64,000 bases of DNA. Origin: Podospora anserina (Eukaryota). A program made the position numbers and the translations under genes. The DNA lies in contig CM030334.1 of NCBI GenBank assembly GCA_017654855.1, positions 2,294,001 through 2,358,000 on the forward strand. Direction: 5' to 3'. Positions 36,736 to 49,800 of the stretch are shown piece after piece (position 1 is the stretch's first letter; every line of letters begins with the position of its first letter). The notes beneath the pieces were generated by a model. It was given only the letters and a program-made list of their open reading frames with translations. It did not search any database and was not told the origin of the DNA.

Positions 36736-38038
36736 CTAGGCATGGATGGCTTTGTCCACCTCTAGAGGCCTCATGCAGCCGCCTGACTCCCACTCCCAGG
36801 CAATCAAGCTCCAGTTCAACTCCCGGCGCCAAAACAGGCCAAGACCACGACCGCCATCGGCTCCCCCAAGTGAGGGATGACCACAACCCCTATCCTCCGC
36901 GCTGAGCCCGCCCGTCAACGGCATACGATGACGAAAGACAACCTTGCCCATGCGAGAGTGGAGTATCGCCATGGAACACATGACGCAGGGCTCGTGTGTC
37001 AGGTACATCTCGAGACCGTGGCACAAGTAGCCGTCTGGGCTGGGATGTTCCAGCTCAAAGACCTTTCTTTCATCCTCGAACAAGGGCTTGTCCTGGAAGC
37101 ACTCATACTCTAAAATGGGCTCCGGATTGGTCCGAGTTTGTCTGTTTTCGCATCGAACCAGCTTTTGGGCAACCATGGAGATGGCACGCATGACACAGTG
37201 TGCCATGGGGTTGCCTCCATCTCCGCATTTGCCTCGCTGGCACCAACGAGCGTCACCAGCCAAGGCGACAATGGTCGTCTTGTCTTCCTCTCGTTGAATA
37301 ACGCAAGCGCCCATGGCCTCTCCATAGCCTTTGGCCTCGGACTGGTGGGCGACTTGGTGTGCGAGGCTCATCCAAATGGCCGCATCGTCACTGATCTCGT
37401 CCGTGCTGCGGGCGATCATCGAAGGATGCGGTCCAAGAGGATTGTTCTTGCGGTATACGGCGGGCCAGAATTGCTGTGACCACATAGCCGCCTGAACCTG
37501 GGAAGCAGGTGCAACCATAGGGACCGGGATGCTGCTGATGAACACCTCCTCACCCTCCATGCCGTCGAGCTTGGTCAGTTCCTGTCTGACCTCCTCCTTG
37601 TTCAGCATGGATTCGGGCCCTGCAATGATGTATATCCAGTTCGATTTTCCGGTATGGATTTGTCGGGTATCTGGGGACTCGTTCATGAACTTCGCTTTGA
37701 TGTGGGCAGGCAAATCGCAAGGCTTGGCGCATCGACGAAGATGAGGGAAGCACTTAACCACCTCTTCGGATAGTAGCTCTCGCAACATCCTGTTATCATG
37801 GTGAGCAGTTATCGTCAGGGGACTCGAGAGGGTTGGGAACGTACATGATTGCGGGGTTGGCTGTCTTCAGAGGCACGCGAGTGATCAGAACTTTGGCCGT
37901 CACGTAATCATCTCGCAGCTCCAGTGTCGTCTTTAGTGGGATGAGGACCCCATGTTCGACTTCCCCACGCACAAGCTCCTTCACAATAGGCTCCTGGGCA
38001 TCAAGGATGCGATGGATAGAGTTCTCTTCCTCGTCCAT
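36736..38038 (-). CDS. TAD3: tRNA-specific adenosine-34 deaminase, non-catalytic subunit; exons 38038-37845, 37789-36736
   Basis: PHLRR, WSQQFWP, NPMAHCVMRAI (Val in place of the catalytic Glu), YLCHGLEMYLTHEPCVMCSMAILHSRM and LFWRRELNW. Confidence 0.92.
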
Positions 38039-41000
38039 CTTGTGCAGGTTGGCTTCCCCCTTGTCAGTGCAGAGGGCTGCGCGAGATTGTCGTGAGACGA
38101 TGACAGAGGCTTGTCTTGCAATCGTGATCCAAGGAAGTCGTGACAAGGTGTAGAGAAGGCCAGCAATCAGATAGCAAATATGTGGTCGACTGTTCGATGA
38201 GGGTGGCAGGCGAAGAATCAACGATGAAGCGTGACTAGCGGGGTAACCGGGAAGATAGGCGATGGTGGAGGAGAAAGGGCAGAATCAAACGACAGCAGTC
38301 AGAGGGTATAATGGAACATGCAGAGACAAGAAGTCCGGACGAGAAACCATGGCAGTATCGATTCTAGAGAAAGCAGGAGCAAGAGCAAGACGGGGAGCAC
38401 TTAGACAGCCCGGTCCCTACGGACAACGACAACAACAAGAGGCAAGCAACAAGCAAAACGGCACCATCTGTTGTTTCTTCGCTGAGTTCCAGACAAAAAA
38501 ATTATAGACAGGAGCTCCACCTCCAGCTTGTTCCTGGACCCCTGGTAATTGCGGTTGGTGGCGGCAGGCACGGAGGCTGGAGCTGGTCAACCCAACCCCA
38601 ACCCCACCTTCCCGTTGCACTTTTTGGCGAGCGACCGACTGCGGGGTACCTACACAACCCTACCCTTCCCCGCAAAGCAGAGAGCTCCCCCCAACTATTT
38701 TCCATTACAAAACACTGAGCGGATGGAACTCCAATTGCACATTCGAATTGCTAACCTTTTCATGTGTTCCAAGGATCAGAGCGCGAGGATAGGTCCATTC
38801 CCGGATAATATAATGCCCTTTAAACGGCCCGTTTCCACGCCTCTAGGTTCCAGGTTCCAGCATCTTTCACAACCCCTCTTTGAGACCTAGGTGGGAGAGG
38901 GGTTTCTTGACCCGTCCCAGCCAGTGGACAGTGAGAGTGAAAGGAAAGGTGGATGGTCTCCAGACCACACGATGGAGAAGATACGGAGATAGGAGAGGAT
39001 GGCATGGATGGAGACAAAGAGCCCTCACGGACAATGCCGTTGTTCATCAGCACTCATCTGCCAACACACCCACACACATCCACACCACATCCCATCCCCC
39101 TCCGCAGCAACAAACGGGCGGGTGGTGTGGTGCCGAGCAACGCATTGGATGCATCCCAGGCTTTTTGACATCGGAAAGCGGCTGGTCTTGGCAACTGACC
39201 CCGTTCTAGCGTGGGGGGCACACGCGCATTCTGCCTCCATGCCGTGCTGAGGTGCATATGCAGCGCAGCACGCAGCAACAAGCAGCAAGCACCTAGCAGG
39301 GCGCCGTCTTGTTGGAGAAGGAAGGGGTGGGAAGGCCAGCCTGTCACATTTCCCATGTCGAGCACGACGCCTCGTGAAGGGGGTGCGAGTGATGATGAGG
39401 CATGATGAGGCCCTGATTGCCTTGGCGTGGGCTTCATTCGGCGCCGGAAGTCCGAGTGCGGACCTAACACCAGAGGTTGGAATTGAGCTGGCTGCAGCTG
39501 AAAGAGCCAAGCCGGCGGCTCCTCCGCAACGAGCAAAGATCCCCATCTTCCTCAATATGGGAAAGCCTCCTGTAGCGGAGGGTGCATCGGCAGCATCGAC
39601 ACCACTTGTTGCACCACTATTGAGCCGTGCACATCGCATCTGGGGCAATGAAACCCCAGAATCCCGCGTCAGAGTGTTGATGGACTTGTCTTTGTGGTAA
39701 TTCCTGCCGGGAGGGAGGGGGGCGGGCGAGGAGGAGGCTAGCCACATTGCTCAACAAAAGACTCAAAGAAAGGTAGGAGATTGGTACATATTTGAAGGTA
39801 CCTCCCCCAGGCCAAACACCACGGCCAGCCGTCGTCTCTCTGTTTACATTTCCCAACTCTTTGACTCACTCTCACCCTCACCCTCGCGGATTGCTCCAAC
39901 AACACTTGGCTGCCCTCCATCAGCCTCTCCTGGTATAATAAGACAACACCTGCCCAACCCAACAAATCACGGACGTCCCGGATTCAGCCAACAAAGCCAA
40001 AGCCCGTTCCTGGCTGTCCTCCCATTCCGGACTTGGTGTTCTGTTGCGCAGCGGACGCCAAGAAGGCCACCTCCATCGTCGGGCTCGGGCGCAGTCGCAG
40101 AGGCAGGTCGACTTGTCTTCGGAGTGTCACAGAAGGAGGCCGACGGTCGAACGTCTTGTCATCTGCCGTGGCCTCATCGTGTGCGACGGTCGTATATATA
40201 CCCCAGACCACCTCTCATCAGCGCCTCATCTCGCAGACCTTGGCATCGGCAGCTGCGCTCTCTCTCAGCAGTTTGAGCAAAAGGGTGATTTGAGTCACCC
40301 GCGTCACCCCACGACCCTTTGGGAAACGAGCCAGGTTACGTCACTTCGTTTCCACCGGATACACCCTGCCAAGCACCTGGGCCAAGACGCCTCGCGACCC
40401 TAAATCGTCTTAGCCACTCGACGTCGACAGAATATTCTCGGACGACGTCAAAGTCCCACGAGACGGTCCATCCCAGTCCATCCCAGTCCGGATTGTCCAT
40501 CTCTTGTCCATCTCATCATAACCTGTAAGTGATGGCTTGCTCCAGTCAGATGCTCCGCCGGTGGCGATCAAAGTCAGATCTTTGCCGCAAAATAGAGTTT
40601 GTTGCTGCCGGCCTTCTGGGACTTTTGGAGACCCTGCTGGAACCCTGACGGAAGGTCGACCACCGATCAACACCCGGACGGTCAGCACCGAATATTTTGT
40701 GCAGCCCCGTGGACCCCTGCCCTTTGTGTCCTGCCGCTAATTGGTGCTTAGATAGCGCTGCAACCCCACTAAGGGAATCCCTGCCCCATGTTGCAGACGC
40801 GCCATCCGGACTCGACTTTTGATCTCAAAGTCTCCAGTCGTCGTCCTTCTTCCATGCCACCGCATTCACTTTGGTCACCACCATCATCATCATTCACTGG
40901 TCTCTCACGCAAAAGAAAACGCGAAGAAGGTCTCTTTTCCCCCTCTTCTTTTTCTTCCTCTCACACTTCTTTATACTACTCTGCTTCTACTATACATACA

Positions 41001-41115
41001 CACACCCACTCTCGAAGCGGCATCACCGCACAACACCAGCACCACGGCTGACCTTGCATATCACTATAAAGACTCGTTTCCAGTTTCGCAGCCCTCGTCG
41101 CTGCGAAAACTGGCG

Positions 41116-43279
41116 ATGAGCCATATAATCGGATCGTCGGCCACTGCACCATCATCACCCTCGATCCGCGCCAACGGACAGCGACCCATTCCAGGCGCTC
41201 ATCAGTTTCACGATGGCTTGCTGCCGCCAGCTGCTGCGTCGTGGTCCAGCGCACTAAAGGACCTCAACGACTTTGAGCTCTCGTCGTCACACCCAACACG
41301 CCCTGGCTTCCAGCAGCACTATGACTCTCCCTACTCACGCAGCATCCCGTCCACTGCCCCCGGTTCTCCTCGAATGTGAGTCGAATGCAATTTTTCCACT
41401 TTCTGCGAGATTTTGTGCGAAGCTTTCTGCGCCTTTTTCCAACCGGGCGCATAGTTAGCCTTGTCATACTTGCTGCATCCCGCTGTCATGTCAGTTTGAC
41501 TGACTAGTGTTGAAACAGTCCACCCCTTCGACAGAACTCCGGCAGCCATACACCAAGAGTCCGGCCACATGCCACCACGCTGAATATCCCGGGCATGACC
41601 AGGTCCAAGGCGTCCCCCGATGGCAGAATTCCCGACCGCGATGTCGCTGCGAAGCTCGTCATCATCATGGTCGGTCTGCCTGCTCGAGGCAAGTCGTACA
41701 TCACCAAGAAGATCCAGCGCTACCTGTCGTGGCAACAACACAATACCAAGATTTTCAATGTTGGAAATCGTAGGCGCCTTGCGGCAGGGGTGGCCAACTC
41801 CGGTAGTGGATCCCCGACCTCGGCCACTAGCAGAGGAGTCGATGTGCCCACCCAGGCTGCTACCATCCTTCTGAATGGCACGAAAGGTCCTGACATTATG
41901 GTAGAGGATGAGCCGACCAAGCTGGATCTCAATGGGGAGCCCAAGTCGGCTCGCACCAAGATTGACCAGTCGGCCAAGTTTTTCGATCCAAATAACGAGA
42001 TTGCAGCCAAGCTGCGTGAACAAGTCGCTCTCGACACCTTGGATGAGCTCTTGGCATACCTTCTCCACGGAGGCGGTGCTGTCGGCATTCTCGATGCCAC
42101 AAACAGCACGATCAAGCGGCGGAAGCTCTTGGTCGACCATATCAAAGCTCGGGAGCCAAAGCTCGGCATTCTCTTCATCGAAAGCATCTGCCACGACCAA
42201 AATCTCCTCGAGGCCAACATGCGCCTGAAGCTTTCCGGGCCAGACTACAAGGACAAGGATCCTGTCAAGTCTTTGGCTGATTTCAAGGAAAGAGTAAAAG
42301 CCTATGAAAGTGCTTACGAGCCGCTGGGCAAGTGGGAGGAAGACATGCATCTTCAGTACATCCAGGTATGTTTTATCTTTGGTTTGTTTGTTAGCCACAC
42401 CCACTAACCAACTGTGCATAGATGATTGATGTTGGGAGAAAACTCGTGCACCACCGACTCAAGGGATTCCTTAGCGGCGGGATCGCTTCTTACTTGACGA
42501 CGTTCAACCTTTCTCCCAGACAAATCTGGATCACCCGCCACGGCCAGAGTCAGGATAACCAACTGCAAAAGCTGGGCGGCAATTCTGAACTGACCGAGAG
42601 AGGTCACTGCTATGGCCTTGCACTCTATAACTTCATGACGTACAAGCGCAAAGAGTGGCTGATTGAACAGAAGAACAAGATCGCACAGTCGACCTTCCCA
42701 CCGCTGCCAGGCGACAACACGCCACCATATCCCGAGCTCAACCAAGAGCTCGAGGACAAGAACTTTTGCGTCTGGACTTCGATGCTGCAACGCAGCGTGC
42801 AGACGGCCGAGTACTTCGACGCAGACGAAGATTACGATGTGAAGGCTTGGGAGATGCTCAACGAGCTCAACGCTGGCTCCTTTGAGGGGATGACTTACGA
42901 AGAGATTGCGCAAAGATACCCCGAGGAGTACCGGAAACGGTCCCAGGACAAGCTCCAGTACATCTATCCTGGAGTGGGAGGCGAGGGTTATCTCCAGGTT
43001 ATCAGCCGTCTCCGGGATATGGTTCGGGAGATTGAGCGCATTACCGATCACCTGCTCATCATCGGACACCGATCAGTTTGCAGGGTGCTGATGGCGTACT
43101 TTATGGATCTCACTAGGGACGATATTGCCGACCTCGATGTTCCGCTGGGGATTCTCTACGCTATTGAACCCAAGCCGTACGGCATCGAGTTCCACGCCTA
43201 CAAGTACAACGAGGAGCAGGGCTGGTTCGATGAGCTTCCCAACTACAAGCCTCGGAAGACGGTGGACAGGAACTCGTGA
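41116..43279 (+). CDS. 6-phosphofructo-2-kinase/fructose-2,6-bisphosphatase; exons ~41116-41375, 41519-42366, 42422-43279
   Basis: KLVIIMVGLPARGKSY (P-loop), FNVGNRRR, DATNST, MRLKLSGPDY, and histidine-phosphatase WITRHGQS...LNELNAG...IIGH. Confidence 0.94.
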
Positions 43280-45018
43280 TGGAGATTTTGACATCCCATC
43301 ATGTGTAACATTAGGCGGCCAACACACCTGGTTACGTTTGCCGCGCTTTGATTTTTTTCGCTTTTCGGTTTTCGGCGTCTCGGGTTTCGGGGCGATACCG
43401 TGGTGGCAACAACCACAACTCGCTTGATTTTGACATTTATCAAGGAGGCTACACAGAGGCGTTTATGGGATGGGGGCAATGACTTAACGGACTAGGTACA
43501 GATGGGACGAACACGTACACAACGCAAGCACATGAGACATCACCGGCACACAATCATCATGGGTTGCTTTCATCATGGCGCTCGACCAAGCAACGGCTCT
43601 TTTTTTTTTCTTTTTTTTTTCCTTTTTAGACCTGCATGCGGGGATGCAGGTTATGCATTGTTATTTTCTTGTCTGTTTTCTTTTCTAAAGTGTGTGTTTT
43701 TATTATGGCAAGACCAAGCAGAGCCAGCGCAGCGCATGTAGAAAGAGCTTCAAGGTTGCAAAAATTTGTATTTGCATTCAACGAGAGAAGGGGCCGAAGA
43801 AGCAAGCATATATTACCATTGATATCAAGTGCAACCAAAGCTAGACGCATGTACTCATGATAGAACAGGCTGGGGTTGGGTAGCCTGGTGTTTTGTTGTA
43901 GACTTGGGCGCTTGGGGTGGTAGCGTAGTTTGGTTATATGTTGACTGTATCATGTCGTGTAAGCTTCTTGACTTAGTGGTTTTGTGAGTTGTTTGGTGGT
44001 GAAGATGAAAGGTTGAAAATTGTCTAAAAATCTTTGGAGTTGTTTTTTTGCGCGGTTGTTCTTGGATGGGTGAGGTGAGGGTGTTTGTTTATTATGGTGG
44101 TGGAGGTGAATAATAGTGTATGTATGCATAATGAATAAAGGATGGGCGACGAGACAAAATTGTGAGAAGGAGAGGTTTATATACGGAAAATGCCGCTGCC
44201 TTTTGAGGCTTGTAGGTAGCCATCGAGCAGGAAAATACAGACACATGTGGGAATATGGATGAATGTGAAGTTATTCTCACACCTACAAGAGATCAATCCG
44301 CCCATATCTTACACCACTCACGCAGCCTTTTTTTTCCCCAGCAACCGAAGTAAATCTGAGTATAAGATTGAAGACTAAAAAGGTGCCAGAAATCCAAGCA
44401 GCAGTCACAACTATTCATTTCTGTCCTTGACTTGACGTGTGCCAGAGAAATCACCATTGGGAAATGGTGACCCAATGAGGAAAAAAAATTAATTGAAAAA
44501 ATTACCAACAGCATACAAACTTCAGACTTGAAATTGTGCCCGTCAAAATCTGTTTCTCATCACTCACGTGTGAAAAAACCGTCCCAACTCGAGGCTTGTC
44601 AATGACCGCTCGATATCGATCAGACCCTACCAGACCCCACCCAAGCCCTGAATGTGGGGCGGTACGGAATGTGGGGCCGAGAAAAAAGGGGGGCAGGGTG
44701 CCCCTGTGGAGATCTTGATGGAATGTGGGGGTCACCTTTTCTGGCCCTTGTTGATGATGAAAGCGAGATGCGATTTGGTGGATGAGAAAAGTTTTAAATT
44801 ATGTTTTTGGGTATATCTCTCAGGTGTGAGTGATGGGGCCTTGAGTTGTTTATACTACCCCAACGACGGATGCTTACATCAAGTTGCTACCCATTGCCAA
44901 CATTGTTAAAGACAGGTCAAGCAGATACGAGATACGGCTTGTCTCTCAACTCCCCAACCTGTTCCCCCTTTCCATGGTCTATACAGACATCTCCCGTCTT
45001 TTTGAAGCTTCGTTCAAA

Positions 45019-46841
45019 TCAAACCGACTTCCCAAAATACCCCAAGTCCTCCCTCAACCTCTCCTCCACCCACCTACACCACTCCCCGTACCCCCTCCAC
45101 CCCCCTTTCGTCTCCCTATTCAACCACCTCAACCACCTCCCGATCCCCTCCTTCTTCCCCCCCTCCATCTCCACCCTCTCCCTCGGATCCTTCCCCTCCT
45201 TCCACCCCTCCTCCTCCTTCACCTCCCCCCCCTCGGTAACCACAACCCTCTTTTCTCTCTCGGCACTCCCCATCATCTCCCCCTCCGTCACCGTCGCCAT
45301 GATCATTTTTATTCCCACCCAATGCGCCCCAAGCAGAACACTAACCTGGTCCCCGGGCACATCCACCAGCACCCTAAACTCTTCCTGCGGAAGCATCATC
45401 CACCAAGTGTAATGCCTCGTCATAGCCTCGTACCCCTCCCACCCGCCCCTTTTCAGTCCTTCCACCATCTCAACGAGCAGCTCCCAATACCTCCTCCGAA
45501 CCCCCTGCCTCGGCACGACCTCTTCCAGTTTCCGGAGACTCCCCCCCGCAGCATCAACCCACTCCCTTCTCACCAGCGGCAGGCTCCTCATGTGCGCTTC
45601 CAAGACCGACTTGTTATGCTCCGGCCGGATGAGGTTGTCAAACATCAGTCTTGTCTGCCGCGCGAGCATGGAGATGGAGATGATGACGATGCCCCGGATG
45701 AAGGTCATGTACTCTGGCATTCCGTCGTCCAAAAGGGTGGACTGGTAGGTTAGCGTGAAGCAGGTGGCCATGAGGGCGTTGCCTTCCGATGCCAAATTCG
45801 GGGAGGAGGAGGAAGACGGTAGGGAGGAGAGAGCCTTCTTGATGGATTTGATGGCTTTGAGACGGTGGGTCATCGCCGGCGTCAGGGTGAGGGAGGGGTC
45901 GGACTGGAGGAGGTGGGAGGCCGAATACCCCAGTATGGCGTGCATGAGGTAGGGGTGGGATTGGGATAGGTGAGGGACTGTGTGCAGCCATAAAGGCTCT
46001 GAACCGATGGGGTGGTGGGGGTAGCAGGTGGAGAGGAAGTGGTGGTAGAGGCGGAGGTCGAGGAGGGAGAATAGAGGGAGGGTGTTGGTTGGCTGGTGGG
46101 TTATGGTTGGCAGGGAGGGGTACTCGCAGGTGAGGCCGGTTTTGAGGCAGTGGCCGCAGGAGGGGCGGGTTTCTTGACACTGGTGGGTGGCGTGTATCAG
46201 TGAGTGATTGTTTAGGTGGTTGGATGGTGGTTACCTACCTTTATGCGTCGACGTTTGCAGTTGAAACAACCCCTTCGGCTTTTTGTGTGGCCCCTTCTTT
46301 CTAACCGCTGTTTTCCCGCCGCGGTTAGGCTGCCGCTGTTGCTCCCGCTTCCTCCCCCTCCGCTACCGCCGCCGCCGTGGCCGGAAGAAGGGGCGGGGCT
46401 GCCGCCGCCGCTGCTACCGTCGTTATAACCTGTTCCTGACACGGCAGAGGGGTCAAAGCTGGGGAGTTGGAGTTGGTTTTGGGGGTAGGGTTGTCCATAG
46501 CTCCCTGGACTGTGGGCGTTGTGAAGAGCGAGAGCGGTGTTGGTGCTTGTCAGGGCTGGGACCGTCAACAGGGACGGGGGAGGGACGGGGTTGAGGTTCT
46601 GGAGGGTGGCATCTGATGCTGAGGAAACAAAATTGCCAGAGGTGGATGCAGATGCTGAGCTCTCCTCAGCAAGGTAGTCGATATCCTCGTGAGAATGATG
46701 GGGCTGTTGGGTGTAAAAGGCCGAGTAGTCAAACTCGGGGGTCTCGGTTGTGGTGTTTAGAGCCAAGAGGGGGTAGTTAGCATGGAGGTTGGGGTCCATT
46801 TCGTTGTTGTCGTTGTTGTTGTTGTTGTTGCCGTAGTTCAT
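45019..46841 (-). CDS. Zn(II)2Cys6 transcription factor (Upc2/Ecm22-like architecture); exons 46841-46239, 46179-45019
   Basis: RRGHTKSRRGCFNCKRRRIK, intron, CQETRPSCGHCLKTGLTCEYP, followed by DLRLYHHF and YLMHAILGYSASHL of a fungal TF domain. Confidence 0.92.
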
Positions 46842-49800
46842 CGTCTGCTTTGTGTACTAATCGATAGTAATCGCTAGACCAGAATTGTCAGAAATTACTC
46901 CGGGAGAGGCATCCAAGTGGAGATAGTAGAGGTGTACTTAACCTGACCTACAAACAAGCTGATTCCTTGTAAAGGACCCTCACCTCCCGAAATGGAATCA
47001 AGGGGTATCACGTGTGTCGTCAAAGGGTTGGATTATGCCTTAGGCATACTACTCCCATCACATCAAAAAGTCCGACGCAAGATAAAATCTGCCAGCTAGC
47101 TATATAACCCGCCAAGAGTGGCAGTGTGATCATAGTCTTCCCCCTTGCGATAGAAGCCGCCCTATTGGATACCTTGCGAGGTCTTTTAACTCAATTAACG
47201 ATGGTAGGATAAGAGAAGTGCACGAGGCTGTGGGTGTGATGTCGCTTGTCGATCCCCGAAAGTAGGTCAGTAATTCTCAAACGGGAAGGAGGTTAGGACT
47301 GTTGTTCTGCTGCAGAGTTTAGTTGCCAGCACTCACCGAGAGAGTCATTCAGAATGTAGTCGAGTCTGAGTATCTAGAATCAGGGAATGAAAACGCGTCA
47401 GTGTCAACTACGAATATGATTTTGTAATTTGGCTCCTCTATTTCCCAACGCTAGTCCTCTTTGGTGATTGATGTTGGTAAGAGACAGTTGCACCGTCAGT
47501 TCAATATCCGTCACCGCTTCCTCCCGCGTTCCCTAGTCTCCGTAACGGCAATCAGTAGAAGCAACGCCACAATTATACAATCCAAAGGGCGCGACAGCGT
47601 GGACAGGGTTAGAAGTTGAGGCTCTACAACCCCCCCCAAAAAAAAAAAACAAAAAAATCTTCAAAAAAAAAATCTCAAAATGGCAATCGGAGAAAACTCC
47701 CAGCCAGTTAGATCCCCCCAAGGCTGCAACCCCGGCCGGCCGGCCCGCGCGGGGTCGAGGTCGATCGGGTCATATGTCCCTCCGACGAGTCGATGTCGGC
47801 CCTTTTGCCTTCGCGAGATGCAGGCAGCGACGACACCGACGGAGTGGTTTGCCAATATTTTCACGGTTTTGGATCGATGATTGCCCTCTCAGCCCTGCTG
47901 GGCGAATTCTACGCCCACGACCTGCATGTGTCAGGAACGTTGCTTCGGGAGCGTATTTGGACCTGTTAGGGACCCGGGAAGGTAAGGATTGACATTGACA
48001 CTGACGTTGTGTCGGCAGCTGGTTTGGTGGTTTGGGGAGAAGTCCTACGGGTAGGACATGTCGTGATGCAACTTACGAATCGATTCGTCATGCTGAGGTC
48101 AATTAGTATCTAGAAACCTGACCGTGTGTAAGTCACTGGCCGAATGGCAAAGTCATCAACAAACCTGCTGGGAAGGTGATGTATACTAACTGACATAGAT
48201 GGGCGGTCTGTAGTCCTCGTGGTCGATTTCCTTCTTCCCTTTGCCAGATCTGTGTTCTTCCCAAACAACGTCCATGTACACCGCTTGGTGTATCATAGGC
48301 AGATCACTCTATCGTTGATCACCGTGCCGACTTCCGGGACAATATCAAACTCGACTGACAATAGGAGACCGACAAAGTCCGGGACCGAAGGAAATGCGAG
48401 ATGGCAAAACCGCCGAGGAAAGAAATTGAGATGAATGCAGTGTCGATGAGGTGAAGGGTTGTTTCCATTGGGATGAAGACAAATGTCTGTCTGTCCTCTA
48501 TACCGACATGCTGTTGCATACTTCGGTGAGAGTCAGCAGGACTTGCAAAACCGATGACCGATCGGTTCTCCCTGTCCTCGGCAAAATGCTGCACACTCAG
48601 CAATGAGGGTCTTCGGATATCGTTGATGTTGTAGGAGCAGTCGTCGTGGCCGTGTCTCAGTTCCCATCCAATATGCTGCCCTACTAGACGGCCAAGGCTT
48701 TCCAAGCCTTTTTGTACCAAGTGGCCGTTATCGTAGCCTGGTGTTTCAGTTTGCAGAAACAGACTGGCGACAAAGTTGATTCAAAACCTGCGGCCATCCG
48801 TCTTTACCACTTGGCATGCTCGGACTGAAAGATATGGGACCCCGTGGCTCGTCATCCTCCCTGGAGGAGTTTGTGAGGTTGCAAGTTAGTATGTTGTAGA
48901 TCGTTACCTTGAATAGCAGGTCGGGGAGGCTGGCGAGGCTTGTGATTTTGGAGAGGCGTCGGAGAGGGCTTGTCGGCGGTGAAGGCTGAGATATCACTTT
49001 TTCTCACGTTGACCTGACCTGTCTATGCGTGGCTATGAGCCATGCCCTTTGATATATCGTTTGGAAATGCCGTCAGCTGTAAGCGTCAAGCCGTGGATGA
49101 TGAAGATCCAAATCTAAAACAGACCAAAAGTCCACGCAGGCATCGGCGGCAATCCGTCGCCGTGTAACGGTTTCTCCAATTATGAGTGCTGTTGCTCCAA
49201 AATAAGAGTAGATGGTTACACCCGCTGCCGACTACCTGCTTCGCCATGCAGTGAGAAGACCAACATACCTTTTATACCTGGATGGAAAGAATACCCGCGG
49301 GCGTTTGTTTGTCAGCACTTACTGCCTCCTGCTCACGAGAAAAGAACAGGACTCCGGGTAAAGTTGACCGTGCCTCCAGAACACTGCAGCTCGAGAACTA
49401 CCACCTCAACATTCCAGCCAATAGTTCAGCTCTTTCAGCTTCGCATCTGGATGGCTGACGGGAGTGATAAGACAACGAAAATAACCAAGACAATTTCTCG
49501 GTTCTCCCGGTTCTTCGGAACCTTTGAGCGCCCAAAAGACGGCTCGGGAGGGAAGGGAAGGGAAAGGAAAGAAAAAGAAGATTAAATCAACCTCAGACAT
49601 AGAACCTCAGTCAGTGAGGAGGTCACACAGCTCCCGGAACTTCACATCCTCTACCCGTCATTTGTGGTCAAGGTGAGATTTGATTATCAGAAGACTATCA
49701 CCAATGAGAAGAAATGCTCGCCAATGGACAGATAGGTCAAAGGCACGGTGCTACTGTCGTGCTTCCTGGACGTGGGACCTTGCGTTTTGCAGCAAGCTAT

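Noticed and set aside
39025..39747. 240-aa and overlapping ORFs in the TAD3/PFK-2 gap
   Set aside because: No motifs, no consistent codon bias, and mutually overlapping frames.
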